Source: an uncultured Zetaproteobacteria bacterium | GTDB taxonomy: Bacteria > Pseudomonadota > Zetaproteobacteria > Mariprofundales > Mariprofundaceae | Assembly (NCBI GenBank): GCA_964414875.1 | Contig: CAYPXU010000002.1 | Coordinates: forward strand, 1 to 39,730 | Length of the DNA: 39,730 nucleotides | Direction of reading: 5' to 3' | In this document: piece after piece, positions 9,691-18,665 of the stretch | Position numbering within the stretch: position 1 is the stretch's first letter | Layout: every line of letters begins with the position of its first letter | The notes under the pieces: model-generated | Databases searched by the model: none | What the model was told of the DNA's origin: nothing | What the model saw: the letters and a program-made list of their open reading frames with translations, nothing else | Made by a program: the position numbers and the translations under genes

Positions 9691-11316
9691 CTAAGCACGT
9701 TTTAACCATAACATCGTAACATCATCATCCGCTGCCAGCCTGCCAAAATCATTAAGTTCTTCCTGCAAGCCTTTTGATAGAAGCGCAACATCTGAGTTGC
9801 CATGTTCTGCAAACCACTGTTTCACCCTCGCTTCACCAAACATTTCATCTGAATCGTAATCACGTGCCTCTGTAATGCCATCACTATACACCAACAAGGT
9901 ATCACCCTTTTCAAACATATACTCAGATACTTCAAACTTTAAATCCGTCTGTAAACCCAAGGGTGGTGATGATGCTTCAAATGCCTCAATCTTTCCATTC
10001 CTACACAACAATGCAGGAACATGCCCTGCATTCAACCACAACAAAGAATTCGATTCAGGCTGAAGTTTCGCTAAAAACAGTGTCACAAAACGCCCGCCAG
10101 TCAGCGTTTCACAGAGTGTATTATTAACATACTCCACGGCCTTTTCAAAAGGCAGCTCTAAATGTGCCAGTGCATGCAACATAGCCCGTAAATTTGCCAC
10201 TGTCAGCGCGGCGGGATAACCCTTGCCTGCAACATCCGCAACGACCAACCATACACGACCATCAGGCAATACAATATGATCATAATAATCACCACCCACA
10301 GCCTCGCAGCTTTGTTCAAAACCTAATATCTGATAATTTTTAATTTCAGGAACACCTACAGGCAGCATAGCATGGTGGATTTCTTCAGCAATTTCCAGCC
10401 CGTGTTTTAACTCTTCACGCTCTCTCAAACCTGCAAAAGCGGTATTCATTCCTTTCGCCAACGTGCCAAACTCATCATCACTCAATACTGCCACACGACC
10501 ATCATACTGACCTTGCCGCATGCGCTCTAAACCAATAGAAAAACTTGCCATCACCTGCTTTAAAATCTTACCTACCGTAAAAACAAGCCATGCTCCTGCC
10601 AATATCAATAAAACAAATAACACACCCGCTTGTAATAAAATAAATTGTTGTTCAGATGCAGTATCTGTGCCCAAAATAAGATAAACAAAGAACGCCAAAA
10701 TACTGGCTGGCAAAGCACTGGTAATTAAAAAGATAACCCATGGCCGACGTGATATTTTATTCCAGTCTAATATACTACCATAGCCATCATCCAAGGTATG
10801 TAGAAATAATCCTTTTCCAGCCAGTTCCGCACGCAAACGAACGCTATATGCCAAGGTTATAGACAATGCCATGCTCGGTGCAAGCACTCCTGCGCCATAC
10901 AATAATGACAACGCCAAAGCAATAGACATGCGTGGTGTTAAAAGCGTTCCACTTACCGCTGCTCCAACATTCAACACCACAATAAGGTAAATAGCACAGC
11001 AGAAACCAGCCATAAAAAAGCCTTTGAAAGCCCGCTTGGGAAGCAATGATATTCCTTGCTCTAAATATTTATGCGATCTTCGCGTTGATTTATCCAACCA
11101 TGACTGCGCTTCTTTAAGCGGATCATAAATCCAAACTGCTGCACCTACAAACACCACTGAAAATACAGCCAAATCAGTCAATGACAACCACCATGGTATG
11201 GCAATAGATGCACTATCACCAAACATCCGCATCACCCATTGGACAGCAATAAAAACCACCAAAAGTGGCCATAAAACAACAATAAAACGCCATATAGAGA
11301 GTTTATATTCTAACAT
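9691..11316 (-). CDS. Membrane-bound HAMP domain / PP2C-type (SpoIIE family) serine phosphatase
   Basis: 541 aa. Polytopic hydrophobic N-terminal half, a HAMP-like linker (DDEFGTLAKGMNTAFAGLRE), then a SpoIIE/PP2C core (GGDYYD, VADVAGKGYPAAL, YSDGITEA, DDVTML). Confidence 0.8.
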   Translation of the reverse strand: MLEYKLSIWRFIVVLWPLLVVFIAVQWVMRMFGDSASIAIPWWLSLTDLAVFSVVFVGAAVWIYDPLKEAQSWLDKSTRRSHKYLEQGISLLPKRAFKGFFMAGFCCAIYLIVVLNVGAAVSGTLLTPRMSIALALSLLYGAGVLAPSMALSITLAYSVRLRAELAGKGLFLHTLDDGYGSILDWNKISRRPWVIFLITSALPASILAFFVYLILGTDTASEQQFILLQAGVLFVLLILAGAWLVFTVGKILKQVMASFSIGLERMRQGQYDGRVAVLSDDEFGTLAKGMNTAFAGLREREELKHGLEIAEEIHHAMLPVGVPEIKNYQILGFEQSCEAVGGDYYDHIVLPDGRVWLVVADVAGKGYPAALTVANLRAMLHALAHLELPFEKAVEYVNNTLCETLTGGRFVTLFLAKLQPESNSLLWLNAGHVPALLCRNGKIEAFEASSPPLGLQTDLKFEVSEYMFEKGDTLLVYSDGITEARDYDSDEMFGEARVKQWFAEHGNSDVALLSKGLQEELNDFGRLAADDDVTMLWLKRA

Positions 11317-11332
11317 GCAGCCACTTTAGCAT

Positions 11333-11364
11333 AAAAAAAGGCGGATGAAATAACTTCACCCACC
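11333..11364 (-). terminator. Rho-independent terminator closing the 18.6-11.4 kb gene string
   Basis: Minus-strand RNA reads ggugggugaaguuauuucauccgcc. The arms gguggguga and ucauccgcc form a 9-bp stem with two G.U pairs around the loop aguuauu, followed by UUUUUUUA. It lies 82 nt past the TPR gene stop. Confidence 0.7.
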
Positions 11365-11445
11365 CTCATAAAAAACATCTAACGCAAGCCGCTATATATA
11401 TCTGCATCATAACAGTCGTTATTACCTGCTATGTAAAAGTCTAAA

Positions 11446-12057
11446 CTATGGGTTATTTTTGACATATTGCAGTGCTTCCAAATGCGAAGGAATACGAATC
11501 AACACCTTATTATAAACACTTTTAGCCAACAGTACTTTACCTTGCCATGCATAAGAGCGCGCCAAATAAACCAAAGCATTGGCATCAGTTGGGTAAAACG
11601 CTGAAACGGTGCGGGCATGCTTCTCCAGATCCTGCCACTTCTTTAACCCTTCTTCACACACCAACAGCCGCGAGTGCGCGGTGTAGTTTAACGGTGCTTG
11701 TGCCAATACCTGATTAATATATCCCATAGCTTCACGCCATCGTTGTTGTGCTATCAATGGTAATGTGATGCCAAGCTTTGCATCAATGGAACGTGGATTT
11801 TGCTGCATGGCTTTTTTATAGCTTCTAGCCGCATCATTAAAATTACCCTGCAAATAATTCAGCCATGCATAACGTAATGTTGCAAACTCACTGCGCTCGC
11901 CTACACCCATATATGGAAGCAACAATGCCGCAGCTTTTTCATACTCACCACTGGCTTCCATTGTGTATGAGCCCAGCCAATCATTTTTAATTTCTTTACT
12001 AAAAGCAATACCTGTTGAGCTGAGTATTAAAAAAACACCTGCTATATACTTAAACAT
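11446..12057 (-). CDS. Secreted tetratricopeptide-repeat (TPR) protein
   Basis: 203 aa. N-terminal signal-like segment MFKYIAGVFLILSSTGIAFS. Repeated TPR-like A/Y/L patterns (e.g. YAWLNYLQGNFNDAARSYKKAMQQNP, YLARSYAWQGKVLLAKSVYNKVL). Confidence 0.7.
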   Translation of the reverse strand: MFKYIAGVFLILSSTGIAFSKEIKNDWLGSYTMEASGEYEKAAALLLPYMGVGERSEFATLRYAWLNYLQGNFNDAARSYKKAMQQNPRSIDAKLGITLPLIAQQRWREAMGYINQVLAQAPLNYTAHSRLLVCEEGLKKWQDLEKHARTVSAFYPTDANALVYLARSYAWQGKVLLAKSVYNKVLIRIPSHLEALQYVKNNP

Positions 12058-12072
12058 ATCTAATATATCCCC

Positions 12073-12972
12073 TTACCACTGTGTTGAAAGATCAATGTAT
12101 GCATAACGATTATTGTAGCTATCGTTAATCGTCTTATCCAAATATTGCTCATTACCACCTGCCAACATCAAGTGCAGTGATTGTGATAATCTCCATTGCA
12201 AGGCTAGCGATAGCGAACCTTTTTGAACATCAGCAAGGTTATACACTGCTGCAGCATCACCATCGACAGCATAAATACGATCACCAAACAAACCAGCAAG
12301 CTGCACTTTTTCTAATCCTAACCATGCATCAGGAGCAAGCCAATGCATCCACTTTACATCCGCTGCCGATGTACGGCTTACATTTTGAGCCCGTAACTTA
12401 TTCGATGGCTTGATAAAATAACCACGAACCTGCAACCAATCAGCACCATCATTAAAGCCCATACCCAATGTTGGTGTCCATTGATCTACTGTAAGGTTGT
12501 TTTTATAGCTTGAACGCGCATAACCCAAGTCAATATAAAAAGTTTTGCTATAATTTAAAAATGAGATTTGAGGAGCAATAACATTCACATTATCCGTATT
12601 TCCCGTCGCATCATTATTATTAATACCATGACCATCCACACGTAATGTTAGTGGTCCAGAAAGTGCATCCAAATATACGTTATAATGGATACTTCCATAA
12701 ACCGACTGCTGATTTAACGTGCTACCAGCATTAAATGTCAGTTTGGTGTAATTACCACCCAATGAGAAACCACCTTGCTCAAGATAATCCGCACTTACAA
12801 TAGCCCCTACGCTAAGCAGGGATTTTCGTTTGATTGACCCACTATACTTACCATAGGAGCCTTGAGTGTCAGCTTTTACTTGCCAATCACCACTTTCTGC
12901 CAAGGCATTGCCTTGCACCCCCATCATGCCAATACAAAACGCGGCAGTCGCTATCAATGCTTTGATATTCAT
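12073..12972 (-). CDS. Outer-membrane beta-barrel protein (uncharacterised, YaiO-like in architecture)
   Basis: ATG at 12972 is preceded by AGGAG. Signal peptide MNIKALIATAAFCIGMMGVQGNALA. Alternating amphipathic beta-strand pattern. C-terminal aromatic residue (..DLSTQW), as in OMPs. Confidence 0.7.
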   Translation of the reverse strand: MNIKALIATAAFCIGMMGVQGNALAESGDWQVKADTQGSYGKYSGSIKRKSLLSVGAIVSADYLEQGGFSLGGNYTKLTFNAGSTLNQQSVYGSIHYNVYLDALSGPLTLRVDGHGINNNDATGNTDNVNVIAPQISFLNYSKTFYIDLGYARSSYKNNLTVDQWTPTLGMGFNDGADWLQVRGYFIKPSNKLRAQNVSRTSAADVKWMHWLAPDAWLGLEKVQLAGLFGDRIYAVDGDAAAVYNLADVQKGSLSLALQWRLSQSLHLMLAGGNEQYLDKTINDSYNNRYAYIDLSTQW

Positions 12973-13062
12973 ATATTCTCCTTTATTCAATATCTAACTA
13001 TTCAGCATAGTTATAAATGCACCTGTCGCTGTTCAGCTTGATGCCTTTATTCTGTCATGCAT

Positions 13063-15222
13063 TCATGTTTCAATTTTCCACGCAGGAATACCTGCATCTG
13101 ATTTCTGTCCGACTTCCAACAAACGTGCTTCAAGCGTGAAATCAGCACTCTGAAGTAAAATTTCTTTGCATCCGAGGTGAGGCTCTATATGCGCCTGTGT
13201 TTGCAGTGCAATACCCTGTTTCCAAGCCAGATTTAATGTATGCTTGCCAGACTGCAACCACTGATGACCATGCCATATACGATCATAATCACTTTGCACT
13301 CCAGCCCCCATAGGATAAAATAAACGACTCAATATATATTGTTTCCATGTCACAGGTAAATATTGCATAGAAGGTCTATCTTGCCATGCCATATCGCCTT
13401 CATTGAGAGGGGTCAATCCGACAGCCAATAACCAAGCATCAAGAAAAGCATCTTTAGGGCCTTCACGATTATAAAAGCTCAATAACGAATCCTGCTGGGT
13501 AAATGCAACACTTGCACCAGAATCTGAACACAGACGTAATTGCCCCGTAAGATTCAAGCTAACATAAAGCTTACACGTGTGATGAACCCCTTGGCTTGTC
13601 ACTTCATAACGCATTTCCCTTCCAACATTAAGTTGCAAACTGCTTGCTAAAGTTTTATCTACTTTAGGCATGCATACCTTTTCCCCTTCTTTAGGGCGGG
13701 CAAAAAGCTTGAATTGATTGCCCTCTTGCCCTTGAACCTGATGCAATACCGTTGTTAAATGAAAAGGATGTGTTGCGCCACCCAAGACATCCCCATATTG
13801 CACATGCAGATGTAAATGAGGTTGCGGAGAACGCCCAGAACTACCACACAAAGCAAGACTTTGTCCTGGGTGAACATACGCACCAATTTCAATATCAATG
13901 CTTGCTTGTTTAAGATGCGCCAGTAGCACATACAAACCATTATTCAAACGAATGAGAATATGGTTTCCCCAGTTGTTTTCGCTATCAACTTCACCAGGTT
14001 TATTATCTGGTAGAGAATCGAGTTTCTTAACCACAAAGCCTGCGACTGGTGAAAGCACGGGTAAAGCAAAACAAAAGTAATCTTCCAGCGTAGCACCATC
14101 GGTACGAAAGCTTTTTCCTTCATCAACAATATAAAAGTCCAAAGCATGCTGCCAAGGTTCTTGGTGCGTATGTACGCCATTAAAACCTTGGTATATCTCC
14201 CACTCACCATAAAATGGTGGTAATACTGGAACACTAGAAAACTCACCATTTCTGGCAATGGCAAGACGTGAGTTCTCAAAACTTTTTTCAGGTAACTCTG
14301 GTGATTCAAGGGTGAGCTGTAACTGACTTGATAAAGGACGCTGCGTGAGTGCCAATAACACAATCAACGATGTTGCCAAAAATGGCAAAGCCATCACAGG
14401 CAGACCATATACCAGCATAAAAGTTTCTGATGCAGCGGTAATCAGAGCGGCAATGACTGCCCCGACCATCGCTAATATAAAACTGTGTTTGCTGGGTATA
14501 GTAAAAACACCACCCAAAGCCATCGCCACCAAGATAAAGTTAAAACCATTCCATGCGACCAAATCAGGGTGCGGACTACCTGAAAGAAAACTATAAACAC
14601 TAAAGCCACAAATAAAACCACTAATCGCCAGCCAAGCCAAATAGCGTGAGGTTATCAATATACCTAAAAAAAGTAATAAGCCTGCAACAGGATGCGGGGT
14701 AAAAAATGCCGATCCCAGAGCCGTTAAAAATTGATCAATCCATGCATTGATCAATGTTGAACTGGGTACTAATGGCAATAAATAACGCTCTAATGTGCCA
14801 TAACTATGCGCTGCTAAAGTCACCGTTAGTGCAACAATCACAAAAGGCAAACTCAAGACAGGCACATGCCCCAAACGCCACATCACATCACGCATTGCCA
14901 CGGTTGCAAACACTGCCAAAACAGCCCCTAGCGTAATCAATACCGCAAGGTGCATATTCAGTTGATAATATGCACCCAACGAAAGACCTACCAACAAGCT
15001 GTTATACACATGTAAACCACTTTCAAGATGATTAAACTTGAGTAATTTAGCCGTTACGATACCAACCACTGCCGCCAATATGCCCGCAAGACCTGTATTG
15101 GGAAACCATAACGTTGCCAGTAAAAACAATCCGCCAATCCAAGGTTTTTCAGCGAACAAAATGGAGCCATAAGCTCGCAGCAAACCTTGGATTGGGTTTT
15201 GTAATAATTTATTGCTAAACAA
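13063..15222 (-). CDS. Fusion protein: urea-transporter (UT) family membrane domain + M23/LytM metallopeptidase domain + C-terminal domain of unknown function
   Basis: 719 aa with an apparent TTG start. Residues ~1-300 are polytopic and UT-like (LRAYGSILFAEKPWIGGLFLLATL...). The middle part carries M23 hallmarks (NHILIRLNNGLYVLLAHL, GQSLALCGSSGRSPQPHLHLHV). About 200 C-terminal residues are unassigned. Confidence 0.7.
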   Translation of the reverse strand: MFSNKLLQNPIQGLLRAYGSILFAEKPWIGGLFLLATLWFPNTGLAGILAAVVGIVTAKLLKFNHLESGLHVYNSLLVGLSLGAYYQLNMHLAVLITLGAVLAVFATVAMRDVMWRLGHVPVLSLPFVIVALTVTLAAHSYGTLERYLLPLVPSSTLINAWIDQFLTALGSAFFTPHPVAGLLLFLGILITSRYLAWLAISGFICGFSVYSFLSGSPHPDLVAWNGFNFILVAMALGGVFTIPSKHSFILAMVGAVIAALITAASETFMLVYGLPVMALPFLATSLIVLLALTQRPLSSQLQLTLESPELPEKSFENSRLAIARNGEFSSVPVLPPFYGEWEIYQGFNGVHTHQEPWQHALDFYIVDEGKSFRTDGATLEDYFCFALPVLSPVAGFVVKKLDSLPDNKPGEVDSENNWGNHILIRLNNGLYVLLAHLKQASIDIEIGAYVHPGQSLALCGSSGRSPQPHLHLHVQYGDVLGGATHPFHLTTVLHQVQGQEGNQFKLFARPKEGEKVCMPKVDKTLASSLQLNVGREMRYEVTSQGVHHTCKLYVSLNLTGQLRLCSDSGASVAFTQQDSLLSFYNREGPKDAFLDAWLLAVGLTPLNEGDMAWQDRPSMQYLPVTWKQYILSRLFYPMGAGVQSDYDRIWHGHQWLQSGKHTLNLAWKQGIALQTQAHIEPHLGCKEILLQSADFTLEARLLEVGQKSDAGIPAWKIET

Positions 15223-15230
15223 ACTTACGC

Positions 15231-16610
15231 CTATCGTTTCGTTACGCTGGATAAGTGCTCAGGAATGACTTCTTGAGCTGTCATTACCTGCAAATCTTCA
15301 GCATGACGCACAACAGACACCGAACTATCCTCATGAACCATGATAATATTTGGACGATACTCAATAAATTGCATCCATTGGGTATTATTATACGCACCAA
15401 CATGTCCAAAAATAAGTGAATCACCTACATTCATGGGCGGTAACATCGCTGATTGACGCATAATATCGATATTCATACACAACGGACCATAAAGCACCGT
15501 ATCTTCTGCCACACCATCCAAAGGACGCGTTGGTGTAATCGGGTGATTATACCAAAAGCCTGTAAATAATAAATTCACGCCCGCATCAATCACCACAGAA
15601 CGCCGACCATCAGGCATACGTTTATTGGCAATCACCGATGTAACAAGAATTTCAGCATCATCCACCATCGCACGACCACTTTCCAAAATAAGTCGAGGTC
15701 TGCCTTTGCCCTGCATATCACGCTCACGTGTGGCATCATTTAAGGCAGTGCAAATAGCTTCAGCATATTGATCAATACTCGGTACCACTTGTTCAGGCGG
15801 TAAATAGCTGCCTTGCAATGAATTCATCGATGCAAAACCACCACCAATATCAATACTTTCAATATGGCAGCCTGTTTGTGATTCAACATCATTCATAAAT
15901 GCACACATAATATGAATTTGTGCCGAATAAGCCCTTGGATCAAGTACAAATGTGCCTAAATGACTGTGTAAACCTGCCAAATTCAGATGCTTGCTCTCAC
16001 CCAAAATACGCGCTGCATCCATGGCTTGACCCGATTCAATATTAAAGCCAAAGCGGCTCCATGGCTCGGTGTAACCTGTATCAAAATTAAGTCGCATCGT
16101 CACATCAACTTGTTTACCCGCTTCTTTGGCAATATCTTCTAACACATACAACTCATCAAGATTATCCAGATGAATGCGCGCACCTTCAGCAACCACACGT
16201 TCAAGAATGAATCGCTGTTTATGGGGGCCATTGAATAAAATATGTTTGGCTGGAACACCCAATGAGCGAGCCTTTTCATATTCAAATGCAGAGACTACCT
16301 CAGCCCAAGCACCTTCTTGATGAAAGGTTGTGCAAACAGCGCCCAAATAGTTGGTTTTATAAGACCAGCTATAGGTCACAGAAGGATAGCGTGTTTCAAA
16401 TGCACGCAATAATTTACGCACATTGTTTCGCAAGCGTTTTTCAGAAAGAATAAACAATGGTGAACCGTATTTCTCTAATAATGGCGCAATCGCAACACCT
16501 TCAAAACTATCTTGATGGTGGCTATGGCTGACACTACCAAATTTATTCATGGAGCCCATTTGATGCGGTGTCAGCGTTGGTTTACTCCAAACTTGTTTTG
16601 TTTGCGTCAT
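15231..16610 (-). CDS. Type III-fold PLP-dependent decarboxylase (ornithine/diaminopimelate/arginine decarboxylase family)
   Basis: 459 aa. PLP-lysine context SWSYKTNY. GGGF phosphate-binding motif (IDIGGGFAS). Conserved C-terminal GPLCMNID and GAY motifs. The start overlaps the upstream stop (ATGA). Confidence 0.8.
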   Translation of the reverse strand: MTQTKQVWSKPTLTPHQMGSMNKFGSVSHSHHQDSFEGVAIAPLLEKYGSPLFILSEKRLRNNVRKLLRAFETRYPSVTYSWSYKTNYLGAVCTTFHQEGAWAEVVSAFEYEKARSLGVPAKHILFNGPHKQRFILERVVAEGARIHLDNLDELYVLEDIAKEAGKQVDVTMRLNFDTGYTEPWSRFGFNIESGQAMDAARILGESKHLNLAGLHSHLGTFVLDPRAYSAQIHIMCAFMNDVESQTGCHIESIDIGGGFASMNSLQGSYLPPEQVVPSIDQYAEAICTALNDATRERDMQGKGRPRLILESGRAMVDDAEILVTSVIANKRMPDGRRSVVIDAGVNLLFTGFWYNHPITPTRPLDGVAEDTVLYGPLCMNIDIMRQSAMLPPMNVGDSLIFGHVGAYNNTQWMQFIEYRPNIIMVHEDSSVSVVRHAEDLQVMTAQEVIPEHLSSVTKR

Positions 16611-17752
16611 GATTTCTCTCCATGTGATGAATTGTCGCTTGCGACAAGATGCCTACCCCTTGCGGGTATACTTTTTTTCACTATTGCCTTCGGCGCATAG
16701 CTGCCATACATCGACATGGACTCAAAAGTTCCCAAATCAATGACCGTTTCTTGGGCATAACGAATCATCATCATACCCGTTTTTGCAGGCGTAAATTCCG
16801 GCTTTTTATCCAGTATTAAATCCACCAATCCAGCAGGCAGATTACATCCCGACTCAGCTGCCAAATAAATCCAAGCAGGAAAACGAGGGTTTATTTCAAT
16901 AAGCAGATAATTACCATCAGGCTCTTTAAGCATCTCCACTTCTAAAGGGCCTGCCCATTGTAATTCCTTGGCTAATTTCTCCGCATCTTCACGCAGTTGT
17001 TTGTTTTCAACAGTTACACAAGACCAAGCTTTACCTTTATCAGTAACCGCTTGTTTACGCATCATCACGGAGCCTAAAAGCTTGCCTTTGCCATCACCGA
17101 TGGCTGTTAAATTAACCTCATGCCCTTCCACATAACGTTGCACCAATACTGGGTAACCCCAACTGGCGGCAATCTGACGAAAAGCCTGCGCACCTTCATC
17201 CGCACTGTGTACGACAGTAGCATCATAGAAAATACCTTTTACAACCATCGGATATTTCCAGCCATCATCATGGCATTGATAAAAGAAATTCGCGCTGGTG
17301 ATGGTTTTAGTTTCAGGGTAACGGATACCTGCTTTTTTGGACAACTCACCCAGTCGATCCTTATTGCGGTCGCGTAATTGCGCCATATCAGGAATCAACA
17401 TGCGAATACCCAAACTTTCAAACTCATGGTGCAAGCGACTAAAACTTAATAATTCAGCATCCAAGCATGGAATCAATACATCAACCTGCTCTTGCTCTTG
17501 AATATATTGCATGCGCTCCATCAATTGTTGTTCGCCTGCAGATGGGTAGGGCAGTAAATAGGAAACATCGCAAATTTCTTCTAAATAGAGCCCTGCATCC
17601 AACACATCGTAACCCAAGCCAATAATGCGAATATTATCGCCATGTGCCAATCGCAGACAACGCGCCACAGCCAAACCAGGGCCTGGATTATCAGGTTTCG
17701 CATTCATGCCTGTAACAGCAATGGTTAACATTCTTTTATCTGACTTACTCAT
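16607..17752 (-). CDS. ATP-grasp family ligase
   Basis: 381 aa. ATP-grasp pattern: YPMVVKG, VLVQRYVEGHEVNL, LLIEINPRFPAW. The start overlaps the upstream stop (ATGA). Confidence 0.8.
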   Translation of the reverse strand: MSKSDKRMLTIAVTGMNAKPDNPGPGLAVARCLRLAHGDNIRIIGLGYDVLDAGLYLEEICDVSYLLPYPSAGEQQLMERMQYIQEQEQVDVLIPCLDAELLSFSRLHHEFESLGIRMLIPDMAQLRDRNKDRLGELSKKAGIRYPETKTITSANFFYQCHDDGWKYPMVVKGIFYDATVVHSADEGAQAFRQIAASWGYPVLVQRYVEGHEVNLTAIGDGKGKLLGSVMMRKQAVTDKGKAWSCVTVENKQLREDAEKLAKELQWAGPLEVEMLKEPDGNYLLIEINPRFPAWIYLAAESGCNLPAGLVDLILDKKPEFTPAKTGMMMIRYAQETVIDLGTFESMSMYGSYAPKAIVKKSIPARGRHLVASDNSSHGEKS

Positions 17753-18579
17753 ACAAGAAATTTGCGCAACTGCGCTGAGAACTCAGTGATATCACGCTCT
17801 GCATCACTGCGATTCACATCAAAATCGGATTCAATGCCTGCAAGCAAATCAGCAGCACTGCTATGATTTTGTAAAAAACGAAGCACATACAACCCTACAG
17901 TATTAGCGGTAAAACTTCGCCCACTTTCAGGGTCAAATACAAAACCACTATCATTTAATGCCAAGCGTTGAAGAATCTCTTGTGAAGGAAAGGTCTCCAT
18001 TTTATTTTGGTCTTTTTCCCAAGGTAATTTGGTCATAAGTAGCTCCTTGTGTTGATTGCGTTGCGGGTTTTCAGGGTTCCAAGCGCGATAAATAGATTGT
18101 AATAAATGATCGGTAAGGGCATCAACTGTTAAAAGTGATGAATCCATTTTTACAAGTTCAATATGCGTATGTAAAAAACGCCTGAATTGCTCACGATAAT
18201 ATTCGAGTTGTTGGCGTAAATAGGGTGTATCCATAGGGTTACAACATAAAAAACTTAAGGACACACGATCATTTAATAGTTTTTGTATTAGTTGATGTAA
18301 ACCACGCTCGCCAATAGCCGTTATCTTGAGAGTTATGCGCAGTTGTTCACCACGGCTATCCAACCAAGCCGCCATCATACTTTCTTTCGAAGAAAATAGA
18401 CGAAACAATACACCATCAGAAATCCCCGATTCTCGGGATACTTTTTTCGTTGTTAAAAAGGCTAACTGATCTTTATGAGCAATGTCATCAATCGCCTGTA
18501 GCACTTGTTGATGACGTTTTTTAGCCGTTTCACTTTTGAATGATATGTCAGACATGTGGCGTATCAAAAATGAAAGCAT
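17749..18579 (-). CDS. TetR-family HTH regulator fused to a C-terminal PqqD-like (RRE-type peptide-binding) domain
   Basis: 276 aa. The N-terminus has the TetR HTH (TTKKVSRESGISDGVLFRLFSSKESMM). The C-terminal ~85 aa (LNDSGFVFDPESGRSFTANTVGLYVLRFL...DFDVNRSDAERDITEFSAQL) looks PqqD-like. An alternative start is the ATG at 18555 (MSDISFK). Confidence 0.65.
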   Translation of the reverse strand: MLSFLIRHMSDISFKSETAKKRHQQVLQAIDDIAHKDQLAFLTTKKVSRESGISDGVLFRLFSSKESMMAAWLDSRGEQLRITLKITAIGERGLHQLIQKLLNDRVSLSFLCCNPMDTPYLRQQLEYYREQFRRFLHTHIELVKMDSSLLTVDALTDHLLQSIYRAWNPENPQRNQHKELLMTKLPWEKDQNKMETFPSQEILQRLALNDSGFVFDPESGRSFTANTVGLYVLRFLQNHSSAADLLAGIESDFDVNRSDAERDITEFSAQLRKFLV

Positions 18580-18588
18580 TCACTTTCA
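18571..18588. promoter_or_regulatory. Candidate operator palindrome TGAAAG-N6-CTTTCA at the 5' end of the TetR::PqqD gene
   Basis: Perfect 6-bp inverted arms, tgaaag (18571-18576) and ctttca (18583-18588). It sits 16-33 nt upstream of the ATG at 18555. TetR regulators typically autoregulate through such palindromes. Confidence 0.3.
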
Positions 18589-18665
18589 CAAGCTTTAAGT
18601 TTGTTAACCGATGTCAACTAAGATGATATAAGCTAGCCTATCGCCTCTCCTAGCTAACAAATAAA

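Noticed and set aside
18600-18665. A hairpin agctag-N13-ctagct lies just downstream of dapB, with TTGACA nearby as a possible promoter for the TetR::PqqD operon.
   Set aside because: The stem is only 6 bp with a 13-nt loop and no U-run, and no acceptable -10 hexamer lies 16-19 nt after the TTGACA. Neither signal is convincing enough to report as a feature.
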